Assembly: GCA_004558825.1 (NCBI GenBank)
Contig: SFDB01000001.1
Span: 65,479 to 129,478 of the forward strand
Length of the DNA stretch: 64,000 nt
Direction of reading: 5' to 3'
Source of the DNA: Clostridiales bacterium
GTDB taxonomy: Bacteria; Bacillota; Clostridia; Christensenellales; CAG-138
The notes beneath the pieces were generated by a model, which worked only from the letters and a program-made list of their open reading frames with translations, had not been told where the DNA came from and searched no databases. The translations under genes were made by a program, and so were the position numbers. Shown piece after piece: positions 55,879 through 64,000 of the stretch. How positions within the stretch are numbered: the first letter of the stretch is position 1; every line of letters begins with the position of its first letter.

Positions 55879-56628
55879 TTAGAAGTTTTCAAGCTCCTGC
55901 GGTTCATCCTGAGCGTCTTCGTTCTCTTCGGGCTCCATCTGCTCGCCCTGACGGCCTTCAATAACAGCGTCTGCCATCTTGCCGGCTATAAGCTTGACCG
56001 CGCGGATAGCGTCGTCGTTGCCGGGGATAACGTAGTCGATCTCATCCGGGTCGCAGTTTGTATCTACGATGCCGATTATCGGGATATTAAGGGCGCGTGC
56101 CTCGAGAACGGCAATGTGCTCCTTGCGCGGGTCAACAACAAACATGGCGCCCGGGAGCTTCTTCATTTCTTTAATACCGCCGAGGTTCTTCTCGAGCTTT
56201 TCCTGCTCTGCCTTAAGCTTGATGACTTCCTTCTTCGGAAGAAGATCGAAATCTCCGTTTTCTTCCATCTGCTCTATTTTACGGAGCTTTGCGATACGGG
56301 TCTGAATCGTCTTGAAGTTTGTGAGCATACCACCGAGCCAACGCTGGTTGACATAGTACATGCCGCAGCGCCTTGCCTCCTGCTCGATGGACTCCTGAGC
56401 CTGCTTCTTTGTGCCAACGAAGAGGATCGTTTCACCGTTTGCAGAGAGCTGCTGTATAAAGTTATATGCATCGTCTATCTTTTTGACCGTCTTCTGAAGG
56501 TCGATGATATAGATACCGTTGCGCTCGGTGAAGATGTATTCCCTCATCTTCGGATTCCAGCGGCGCGTCTGATGACCAAAGTGTACGCCCGCTTCGAGAA
56601 GCTGTTTCATTGAGATTGCTGACATTGA
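55879..56628 (-). CDS. rpsB: 30S ribosomal protein S2
   Basis: Start set at [27 protein letters not shown] (AAGGAGG RBS). The track ORF start at 56682 is an upstream extension. Confidence 0.96.
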   Translation of the reverse strand, partial: SMSAISMKQLLEAGVHFGHQTRRWNPKMREYIFTERNGIYIIDLQKTVKKIDDAYNFIQQLSANGETILFVGTKKQAQESIEQEARRCGMYYVNQRWLGGMLTNFKTIQTRIAKLRKIEQMEENGDFDLLPKKEVIKLKAEQEKLEKNLGGIKEMKKLPGAMFVVDPRKEHIAVLEARALNIPIIGIVDTNCDPDEIDYVIPGNDDAIRAVKLIAGKMADAVIEGRQGEQMEPEENEDAQDEPQELENF

Positions 56629-56737
56629 TTTTTCCTCCTTGTTTTTGCCACCTTGCGCTTCATATCCGGCGGAAAACCGCATCGTTAATAACGCGGCAAC
56701 ACCCCGCAGAATCGGCGCAAGTGCGTATTACCGATGA

Positions 56738-56766
56738 ATTATAACACGACCCGCGGCCGCGTGCAA
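56738..56766 (-). promoter_or_regulatory. Sigma-A promoter of rpsB-tsf
   Basis: Minus strand TTGCAC, a 17-nt spacer and TGtTATAAT. It gives a leader of about 100 nt. Confidence 0.65.
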
Positions 56767-56815
56767 GCAGATTTACGAAAAAATTACGGGAATTTGAGCA
56801 AAAATCATGTGCTCG

Positions 56816-57724
56816 TTACTCTGTCTGTATGTATCCGTCAAACTCGGGCGTAAACGCCTTGTCCGCCGCGCATCGTTCCTGAATAAGCACGTTTTCGAAG
56901 CCGAGGCTTATGCAGTAATCCACCGCGCGTTCGTATTCGCCGCGCGTTATCCTCCTGTTTATGAGCGGATACTTCTCTGCATCGCCGTCAGGGACATATT
57001 GGCTCATAAGCGAGATATGCGTTGAAATCGGCAGCGCACGCGCAATAAAATCAAGCACGCGCCGCGTTTCATCAACACAGCACGGCAGCACGAGATGTCT
57101 GACAATAAGGCCCTTTTTCGCCATCCCGTTCTCGTCGGTGACGAGCGCGCCGACCTGCCGCTGCATTTCGATAATTGCTTTCGATGCGTACTCAAAATAA
57201 TCCTCCGCACCCGAATAAAGCTTCGCCGCACTCGGCGAAACATACTTCATGTCAGGCAGGTATATGTCGATGAGCCCTTCAAGGCGCTTGAGGGTATCCG
57301 TGCATTCGTAGCCGTTCGTGTTATAAACAACGGGTATATTAAGCCCGCGCACCTTCGCCTTTTCAAGCGCGCAGATTATAACATCGGCATGCGGCGTCGG
57401 CGTTACAAGATTTATATTGTGGGCGCCTATATCGCGCAGATTCAGCATCATATCGCAAAGCCCCTGCGCGTCGACCCGCACGCCCTTTTCAGCGCGGCTT
57501 ATGTCGTGGTTCTGGCAGAAAACGCAGCGCAAATTGCATCCGCAAAAAAATATCGCGCCCGAGCCGTTTTTGCCGCTGATACACGGCTCCTCCCACATAT
57601 GAAGCGCCGCGCGCGCAATATACGGCAGGCTGCCCGCGCCGCACGCTCCCACACGAACGCTTCTGTCCGCGCCGCATCTTCTCGGACACGACACGCATTT
57701 ACCATGCCCGCGCTGAATGCTCAT
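56816..57724 (-). CDS. Radical SAM protein, PflX-like (activase-like)
   Basis: 302 aa. CGCNLRCVFCQN radical-SAM cluster and an N-terminal CVSCPRRC. 4-nt overlap with the upstream kinase gene. Confidence 0.7.
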   Translation of the reverse strand: MSIQRGHGKCVSCPRRCGADRSVRVGACGAGSLPYIARAALHMWEEPCISGKNGSGAIFFCGCNLRCVFCQNHDISRAEKGVRVDAQGLCDMMLNLRDIGAHNINLVTPTPHADVIICALEKAKVRGLNIPVVYNTNGYECTDTLKRLEGLIDIYLPDMKYVSPSAAKLYSGAEDYFEYASKAIIEMQRQVGALVTDENGMAKKGLIVRHLVLPCCVDETRRVLDFIARALPISTHISLMSQYVPDGDAEKYPLINRRITRGEYERAVDYCISLGFENVLIQERCAADKAFTPEFDGYIQTE

Positions 57725-59649
57725 TTTTGCGTTTTTCCATCGTGCTCGCGCACAACCTCATATTCCGCATCCTGCGCCGTTCGCCTGCTTTTCTGTTTTC
57801 CGCCCTTTTCGGGCACGCTTTCCTCATTTTTAACAGGCTCTGACGAATTTGGCAATGATACTTCCCCGACCGGTCCGAGGGCTATCGCATTCGTGACATA
57901 CTTTTTGAGCGTAAACTCGAACGTCGTCCCGACTCCCTGCTCGCTCGTTACAGCTATGCTTTCGCCAAGCTTTTCCATTATCTGATGAGCTATGCTCAAG
58001 CCCAGGCCCGTGCCTTCTTCCTTATGCGATTTATCCGCCTTGTAAAATCTATCAAATATATGCGGAAGATCCTTTTCCGATATGCCGCAGCCCGTATCGG
58101 ATACGGACACTATAATGCGCACGCCGTCTTTTATGCCGAGCGTTATGCTTCCACCGGGCTTCGTGTAACGCATGGCATTGTCAAGAAGTATGACTATCAC
58201 CTGCTCCACGCGGTCTCCGTCGGTCAGCGCGTCGGGCACATCCGCAGCGTTGAGCTTAAGCTCTATCCCCTTCTCCTCTGCCGTGTTCTTGTAGCTGCTC
58301 ACTATATCGTTCAAAAGCTCTACCATGTTGACACGCGCAATGTCCATATACTCCGTGCCTGCCTGAAGCTTTGTCAGCGTCATCATATCGGTTATAAGAC
58401 GAGACAGCCGCATAACCTCATGAAGCATCGTCTTATAATAGCGCGCGCGCGTTTCCTCGTCATTTACCATGCCGTCTGCAAGCGGCTCAAGCAGACCGCG
58501 TATCGCCGTCAGCGGAGTGCGCAGTTCGTGGCTGACATTCGCGACATATTCGCGGCGCATTTCCTCCGTACGCTCCATCTCCGTCATATCTTTGAAGAGA
58601 CCTACTACGCCCGTGCATTCCCCGTCCTCCGCGATTATCGCCGATATCGTTATCCAAAGCGTCCTGCCGTTCGCCATACGGTGAGATATCATCTGCTGCA
58701 CTCCCGTAGCGTAAACGCGGTCGAATACCTCCCAAATACTGTCGTCATCAACGAGTTCTTCGCGGCTTTTAACGTCCACAACGCCGAACATGCGCATTAG
58801 CGCGGGGTTGCAATGCGTCAGCACTCCAAGTCCATCGACTACTGCTACGCCGTCCGACATGCTGTACAATATTTGATTAAGCTGGCTTTTTTCTGTTCTG
58901 AGCTGATATATTGTACTCGACAGCTTTTCGCAAAGCTCGTTGAGCGATCTCGCCAAAAGCCCCGTCTCGCCCGGTTCGTCCGAGCCCGGTATTCTAACGT
59001 TAAAGTTGCCGTTCGCCATCTCCATGGCGGAATCGGCCATCTGCCTGAGCGGCGCGGATATCCTGCTCGCCTGCCACGAGCCCGCAAGCATGAGTATCAC
59101 AACGCATATTATTGCAAGCCAAAGCAGCGACTTGCTCATTCGGTTAACGACGCCGTTCACGTTCTCTATTGATTTTATAACGAACACGCCGCCAATTGCA
59201 TCCCCGTACTCGTTCGTCACGGGCACGCCGACGAGCAGCGCGCCTCTTCGCCCCGACAGCTTGAAATTGTCCTCCTTGACAACCTTGCCGCCTATCACCT
59301 CGCGTATCTGTTCAGACAGTTTTTCGACCGCCACATTCGGCGTTATACCAATCCCCGAATCAAACAGCGACAATACGCCGCCTTTCCCGTCGACGATAAA
59401 CACTGTCGCGTTCTCGGCGCGTATAAAACTCTCGGACATATGCACGAAAGCGTCGCTCGTCATGCTGCCGCCGATATATTCAAGCAAAAGCTGCCTTATT
59501 GCCTCCGCCTTCGGCACCATCTGCTGAAGCTCGATATCTGCGTAAATATCCATACCGATAAAGAGGTATCCGAGCATTATAAACGCCGTCACCAAAAGCA
59601 GCGCCATGACGAACACCAAAAGGAATCTCCTGAGCAGTACGCTTCTCAT
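57721..59649 (-). CDS. Sensor histidine kinase (two TM helices, extracytoplasmic domain, HAMP, PAS, HisKA, HATPase)
   Basis: 642 aa. H-box SHELRTPLTAI. N, G1 and G2 boxes (DNAMRYT, DTGCGI, GTGLGLSI). Confidence 0.88.
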   Translation of the reverse strand: MRSVLLRRFLLVFVMALLLVTAFIMLGYLFIGMDIYADIELQQMVPKAEAIRQLLLEYIGGSMTSDAFVHMSESFIRAENATVFIVDGKGGVLSLFDSGIGITPNVAVEKLSEQIREVIGGKVVKEDNFKLSGRRGALLVGVPVTNEYGDAIGGVFVIKSIENVNGVVNRMSKSLLWLAIICVVILMLAGSWQASRISAPLRQMADSAMEMANGNFNVRIPGSDEPGETGLLARSLNELCEKLSSTIYQLRTEKSQLNQILYSMSDGVAVVDGLGVLTHCNPALMRMFGVVDVKSREELVDDDSIWEVFDRVYATGVQQMISHRMANGRTLWITISAIIAEDGECTGVVGLFKDMTEMERTEEMRREYVANVSHELRTPLTAIRGLLEPLADGMVNDEETRARYYKTMLHEVMRLSRLITDMMTLTKLQAGTEYMDIARVNMVELLNDIVSSYKNTAEEKGIELKLNAADVPDALTDGDRVEQVIVILLDNAMRYTKPGGSITLGIKDGVRIIVSVSDTGCGISEKDLPHIFDRFYKADKSHKEEGTGLGLSIAHQIMEKLGESIAVTSEQGVGTTFEFTLKKYVTNAIALGPVGEVSLPNSSEPVKNEESVPEKGGKQKSRRTAQDAEYEVVREHDGKTQK

Positions 59650-59655
59650 TTCGGA

Positions 59656-60339
59656 TTATTCGACCTCAAACTTATATCCAACGCCGTATATCGTCTTGAT
59701 GCTCCAGTTTTTACCGGTGTTATCAAGCTTTGCGCGTATGCGCTTTATATGCGTGTCGACCGTCCTCGTCTCTCCCGCGTAGTCGTAGCCCCAAACCTTG
59801 TTCAAAAGCTGTTCCCGCGTAAACACATGGCCGGGGTTCGATGCAAGGAGATAGAGTATCTCTATCTCCTTAGGCGTGCAGATCACGGGATGGTTATCAA
59901 GCGTCACGGTGTAGCTTTTTATATCTATCACAAGCCCGTCGTGAACAATGGCGTCGCTGTCACCCGCCTTCTGTTCATTCGTTCTGCGAAGCACAGCCTT
60001 TATCCTTGCCACAACCTCACGCGGACTGAACGGCTTTACTATATAGTCGTCAGCGCCAAGCTCGAGCCCGAGTATCCTGTCTATTTCCTCGCCCTTTGCC
60101 GTAAGCATTATTATAGGAACCTTCGACGTACGCCTTATCTCCTTGCATGCATCTATACCGCTCATATTTGGCATCATTATGTCGAGCACGCAAAGCGCCA
60201 CCTCGGAGCTCAGTGCATCAATCGCCTGCTGACCGTCAAACACATCGATAGTCTCAAAGCCCTCCGCCTTGAGATATATGCCAAGCGATTCATGGACGAC
60301 CTGCTCATCGTCGGCAATAAGTATCTTATTTGCACCCAT
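59656..60339 (-). CDS. OmpR-family response regulator
   Basis: 227 aa. Receiver domain (DD..D..K pattern, LDIMMPNMSG) and a winged-helix C-terminus (VWGYDY..RTVDTHIKRIRAKL). Confidence 0.92.
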   Translation of the reverse strand: MGANKILIADDEQVVHESLGIYLKAEGFETIDVFDGQQAIDALSSEVALCVLDIMMPNMSGIDACKEIRRTSKVPIIMLTAKGEEIDRILGLELGADDYIVKPFSPREVVARIKAVLRRTNEQKAGDSDAIVHDGLVIDIKSYTVTLDNHPVICTPKEIEILYLLASNPGHVFTREQLLNKVWGYDYAGETRTVDTHIKRIRAKLDNTGKNWSIKTIYGVGYKFEVE

Positions 60340-60405
60340 ACAAACCTCCGTATTGCTGTTTTGCTTGATTATATCATATTCCGCAATCGCTGTCGAAGCC
60401 CCTGC

Positions 60406-63400
60406 TCATACGCGCACGGTGTCGCCGCTTGAGATAAGGTATACATATCGCTCCTTAACTTTTTTTCCGCTGAGCGCCTCAAGCGCGTCGGTATACATGT
60501 CAAGCTGCGCCTTATGGCGTGCGGCGACCTGCTCGGGCGTTTTGCTGCCGCCTACATAGTCCGTCTTGTAGTCGATGATAACCCACTCTCCGTCTTCCTC
60601 AAAGCAGCAGTCGATCGTACCCTGCATCATGAATACGCCATCGCAGCCTATGTATTTTGATGCATCGGCTCTGTAGTTAAACTCGCGCTCCCTGTATGCC
60701 CTATCGGCGCATATCGCTCTATGCCATATGTCGGAATCAAAAAAGCGCATCATCTTGTCTATACTCACTTTTTCTGCCACGCTCTTATTTATCCTGCCCG
60801 TCTCCGTAAGCTCATCGAGCAGCGCCTGTACGCTCTGCCTGTCATGGCTGCGCATGGGAGCATATTGTATCAGCATATGCGCTGCCGAACCTATCATGGC
60901 AGGTGAAACCCCGAGCTTTTCCGAAATAAACGGCGGTACCGCCAAGCTCGGGTCGCCGCCATGGCCGACAAGCTCCGACACGGTATATTTCGACCTGAGT
61001 GTCGTCTCCGCTTCAAACGGATATTTCATGCCGAAAACATCGTCGTACCTTCCGTCATACTCCTTCGTCGCCTCATCGCGCCACGCCGCTATCATGCTGC
61101 TTGCTTCGTGTTCACGGCTGCGGTCGAGGCTCTTCGCATCGCGCACATACGTCTTTACGCGCTCTCGGCCGATTACGGCGTCAAGTCCAAGCATACTGCG
61201 AAGCGCGTTCGAATCAGGCGTCTCCAGCAGGCACGGCAGCACCCAGTCCATATACGATTTCGCCGCGTTTATCACGCCGCTCGTCACGCCTGCGGGATAC
61301 TTTGAAAGCTCCTTCGCTACCGATTTTACAGTGCCTATCATTATAAGCTTTTCGCGCGTTCTTGTAAGCGCAACATACAAAAGGCGCATCTCCTCCGCAA
61401 GCTGTTTTTTCCGCGACACAGCCTCTATCGCGCGCCTGTAAAGCCCCGCCGCCTTAACCGAATCCTTCAGGCCGTACACGCCTATGCCTAGCTTATCGTC
61501 GCAAAGCACGGGCGTCTTGTTCGCGCTCGCGCTTCTGTTTATGAACGAAAACTGCCCGTTCATTCCACCAATTATGACCACAGGAAATTCAAGCCCCTTA
61601 CTCTTATGGAACGTCATCACCTTGACCATGTCGGCGCTGCACACTGCTGCTTCTCCCACTGACGCCGCCTCATGCACCTTGTCCATAAACGTTATGAACG
61701 CGTTCAGACCCTTGTGGCGCGAGCTTTCAAAGCTTCGCGCATGGCCGCGAAGCGCGTCTATGTTCGCCTGCCGCTGCTCTCCGCCCGGTAAGGCGCCTAA
61801 AAGTTTGTAATAGCCCGTCTCAGCAAGCATGACGCCCATCAGCTCTTGTGTCGTGTACAGTGCCGACATTTTGCGCCAGCGTCTGAGCTTTCCCAAAAAA
61901 TCCGCGCATTTCTCCCCAAACGGCGACGCTTCGCCGGCCATAGACCTTACTGCGTCTATGCAGCACATACCCTTTCGCGGTGGTCGCAGGGCTATAAGCT
62001 CCTCCGCTGTAAAATCGAACATAGGCGAACGCAAAACGCTCAAAAGCGGTATATCCTGACGTGCGTTATCTACCACGCGCAAAAGGTTCATAAATATCTG
62101 CACCTCTATCGCGTCAAAATATCCGCCGCTCCTCTCCGAATATGCAGGTATGCCGTTGGCTGTCAGCGTCGAGGTCCACTTCTCCACCGTCTTGTTTTGG
62201 CGCAGGAGCACAGCAAAATCAGAATATTTGTATTCCCGTTCACATCCGAGCTTTTCATCAAATATGCGCTCTTCTTTCATTATGTCGCGTATACGCTCAA
62301 CCGCGCACAGGCATTCCGCGACCTCCTTGCCATGTGTGTATGCCGAGTTTTCCGCAGGCGCTTCATCGGCCTCCTCTTCATCGCAGTCCTTCATGTCCGA
62401 TGCATCGCTTTCACCGCACGTCTCTATAATGCAAAGCTCCGCGCTTCCCTCGCAGCCGTCGCGCCCGCCGACAAGCGCCGCCCTCTCATCGTATTCGATC
62501 TCAGCATCGCTTGCGTTCATTATGCGGCGGAATATTTCGTTTACTATATAGATAATCGTGTCCGCGCTTCGAAAATTCTTATTCAGATCAATGCTTTTGC
62601 CGCCCTCGCCGCGCGAAAAGCGGAAATACTTGTCTATAAACAGCTCCGGCTCGGCCTGCCTGAAGCGGTATATCGACTGCTTTACATCGCCCACGAGGAA
62701 CAAATTGTCATCGCGCTTTATGCCGCTCGTTATGCGCTCCTGAACCATGTTCGAATCCTGATATTCGTCGATAAATATGTATTTATATTTGTCGCGCAGC
62801 TTACGCGCCGTTTCGCCTTCGAGCAGCGCAAGCGTTTTATGTTCCATGTCGCTATAATCTATCGCGCCCGCTTCCTCCTTGGCCGCCGAAAACTCTTCAT
62901 GGTATTCGCGCGTAAACTCGAGCATAAGGCTCATTTGCTTATACGCCTGCGTTATCCGTTCGTGTTCCTGTGAAAGAGGCAATATGAACCGTCTTTCAAG
63001 CATTTTTTTAACGCAGCCCTTCGCGCCGTCGTGCGCCGCCTTGGCAAATGCCTTTTCGCTGTCAGGCGTTCCCCGCTCCCACCCCCTGAGCGCACGCGGA
63101 GAAAAGCTCTGAAGCGCAGTCAAAAACGCATCGTAGCCGTCTGCGCGAAGATACGAGCGTAACTGCATCATATCATCGTCGAGAGTATCCATTATTTTGA
63201 CGTTTTCCACGCTGTCGCGCGCCGATCGCAGCTCATTAACGGCGCACTTTATTTCGCGTTTTGATTCGGCTATCATGCGCTTCACAACCTCGGAGCTTTC
63301 AAGTCCTTCAAGGCTTATGTTATACTTCTCCACGGCGTTTTCAAGCCAGGCAAACGGCTCGGGACGCGACATTATGTATGTATAAAGCTGCTCAACAGCC

Positions 63401-63900
63401 GTTATGAACGTCTCCTCGCCGCCGAATGAGTTCACAAGCGACAGCATCTCTTTTTGGCGTATATCATAGTTTTTTTCGATGACGCGATCCATCGCCTCCG
63501 TCCGCAGCACCTGCGCTTCGGTATCATCGAGCACTCGGAACGCAGGATCAAGCCCTGCCTCGGCAAAGCTTTGGCGCAGCACCGAGGCACAAAACGCATG
63601 AATGGTTGATATGTCCGCGCTCGGCGCTTTCGCGGCCTCGCTTCTCAGGCGCTTCCTGTCTGCTTCATCGGGGCATTCCTCGGCAGCGGAATGAAGCCGC
63701 TTTTCAATGCGTTTTTTCATTTCTTCGGCTGCCGCTCGAGTAAAAGTGACTATGAGAAAATCCTCTATATGCGCGCCTTCTTTTATAAGCCGCACAGCGC
63801 GTTCCGTCAGCACCGCCGTTTTACCCGATCCGGCTGCGGCCGACACAAGAAGATTCCCGCATTCATATATGGCGTTTTTTTGTTCCCGCGTCCACTTCAT
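60406..63900 (-). CDS. addA: ATP-dependent helicase/nuclease AddA
   Basis: 1164 aa. UvrD-type Walker A AAAGSGKT, DEYQDS motif and a C-terminal RecB-type nuclease (IDYKTD). Confidence 0.93.
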   Translation of the reverse strand: MKWTREQKNAIYECGNLLVSAAAGSGKTAVLTERAVRLIKEGAHIEDFLIVTFTRAAAEEMKKRIEKRLHSAAEECPDEADRKRLRSEAAKAPSADISTIHAFCASVLRQSFAEAGLDPAFRVLDDTEAQVLRTEAMDRVIEKNYDIRQKEMLSLVNSFGGEETFITAVEQLYTYIMSRPEPFAWLENAVEKYNISLEGLESSEVVKRMIAESKREIKCAVNELRSARDSVENVKIMDTLDDDMMQLRSYLRADGYDAFLTALQSFSPRALRGWERGTPDSEKAFAKAAHDGAKGCVKKMLERRFILPLSQEHERITQAYKQMSLMLEFTREYHEEFSAAKEEAGAIDYSDMEHKTLALLEGETARKLRDKYKYIFIDEYQDSNMVQERITSGIKRDDNLFLVGDVKQSIYRFRQAEPELFIDKYFRFSRGEGGKSIDLNKNFRSADTIIYIVNEIFRRIMNASDAEIEYDERAALVGGRDGCEGSAELCIIETCGESDASDMKDCDEEEADEAPAENSAYTHGKEVAECLCAVERIRDIMKEERIFDEKLGCEREYKYSDFAVLLRQNKTVEKWTSTLTANGIPAYSERSGGYFDAIEVQIFMNLLRVVDNARQDIPLLSVLRSPMFDFTAEELIALRPPRKGMCCIDAVRSMAGEASPFGEKCADFLGKLRRWRKMSALYTTQELMGVMLAETGYYKLLGALPGGEQRQANIDALRGHARSFESSRHKGLNAFITFMDKVHEAASVGEAAVCSADMVKVMTFHKSKGLEFPVVIIGGMNGQFSFINRSASANKTPVLCDDKLGIGVYGLKDSVKAAGLYRRAIEAVSRKKQLAEEMRLLYVALTRTREKLIMIGTVKSVAKELSKYPAGVTSGVINAAKSYMDWVLPCLLETPDSNALRSMLGLDAVIGRERVKTYVRDAKSLDRSREHEASSMIAAWRDEATKEYDGRYDDVFGMKYPFEAETTLRSKYTVSELVGHGGDPSLAVPPFISEKLGVSPAMIGSAAHMLIQYAPMRSHDRQSVQALLDELTETGRINKSVAEKVSIDKMMRFFDSDIWHRAICADRAYREREFNYRADASKYIGCDGVFMMQGTIDCCFEEDGEWVIIDYKTDYVGGSKTPEQVAARHKAQLDMYTDALEALSGKKVKERYVYLISSGDTVRV

Positions 63901-63916
63901 TGCATTTCCTGCCCCA

Positions 63917-64000
63917 TTAGTCGTCAGTTTGCTTTATTATACCAAATGCGTGCGCAAAGCGCATAAAATTATAAGGCGTATCGTGGTCGCCCATCCGATA
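63917..64000 (-). CDS. addB: Probable C-terminal end of AddB (partial, continues off window)
   Basis: The minus-strand open frame reads ..YRMGDHDTPYNFMRFAHAFGIIKQTDD-stop and ends 16 nt before the addA ATG. The call rests mainly on the conserved addB-addA order. Confidence 0.4.
   Translation of the reverse strand, partial: YRMGDHDTPYNFMRFAHAFGIIKQTDD

Overview
This 64-kb window looks like chromosome from a GC-rich, endospore-forming Clostridia-type Firmicute. Supporting genes are spoIIP, spoVT and sepF/DivIVA, plus rny-recA-cinA-pgsA-rimO-ftsK and pnp-deacetylase-M16 synteny. I call about 60 protein genes (mostly minus strand), 8 minus-strand tRNAs, several sigma-A-like promoters and intrinsic terminators. 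I saw no rRNA, CRISPR array, transposase, integrase or phage genes. Most of the window is housekeeping. Six things deserve a second look. (1) A lysine-fermentation operon (kal-kce-kdd-kamA-kamD-kamE-crt) sits behind a lysine riboswitch. The terminator 5' arm is the same sequence as the P1 3' strand, which predicts a lysine-ON switch. (2) Six genes are translationally coupled: DUF2461, ApbE, NusG-II, Gx transporter, a P-loop protein and a MutS-domain ATPase. The last two may be the aminomutase reactivase pair missing from the kam operon. (3) A five-gene orphan module (DRTGG, RsbW-like kinase, [FeFe]-hydrogenase-like protein with variant H-cluster motifs, DRTGG, PHP phosphoesterase) is my best candidate for an uncharacterised redox or H2 signalling system. 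(4) Three consecutive zinc-ribbon genes lie next to an rpmB-flanking region with a decayed gene and a tiny hydrophobic ORF. (5) larE-larB-larC occur without larA. (6) A signal-peptide serpin follows directly downstream of larC. All function calls come from my own reading of translated motifs, gene order and recalled family knowledge. No searches or folding programs were run, and coordinates of RNA and regulatory elements are hand-derived.
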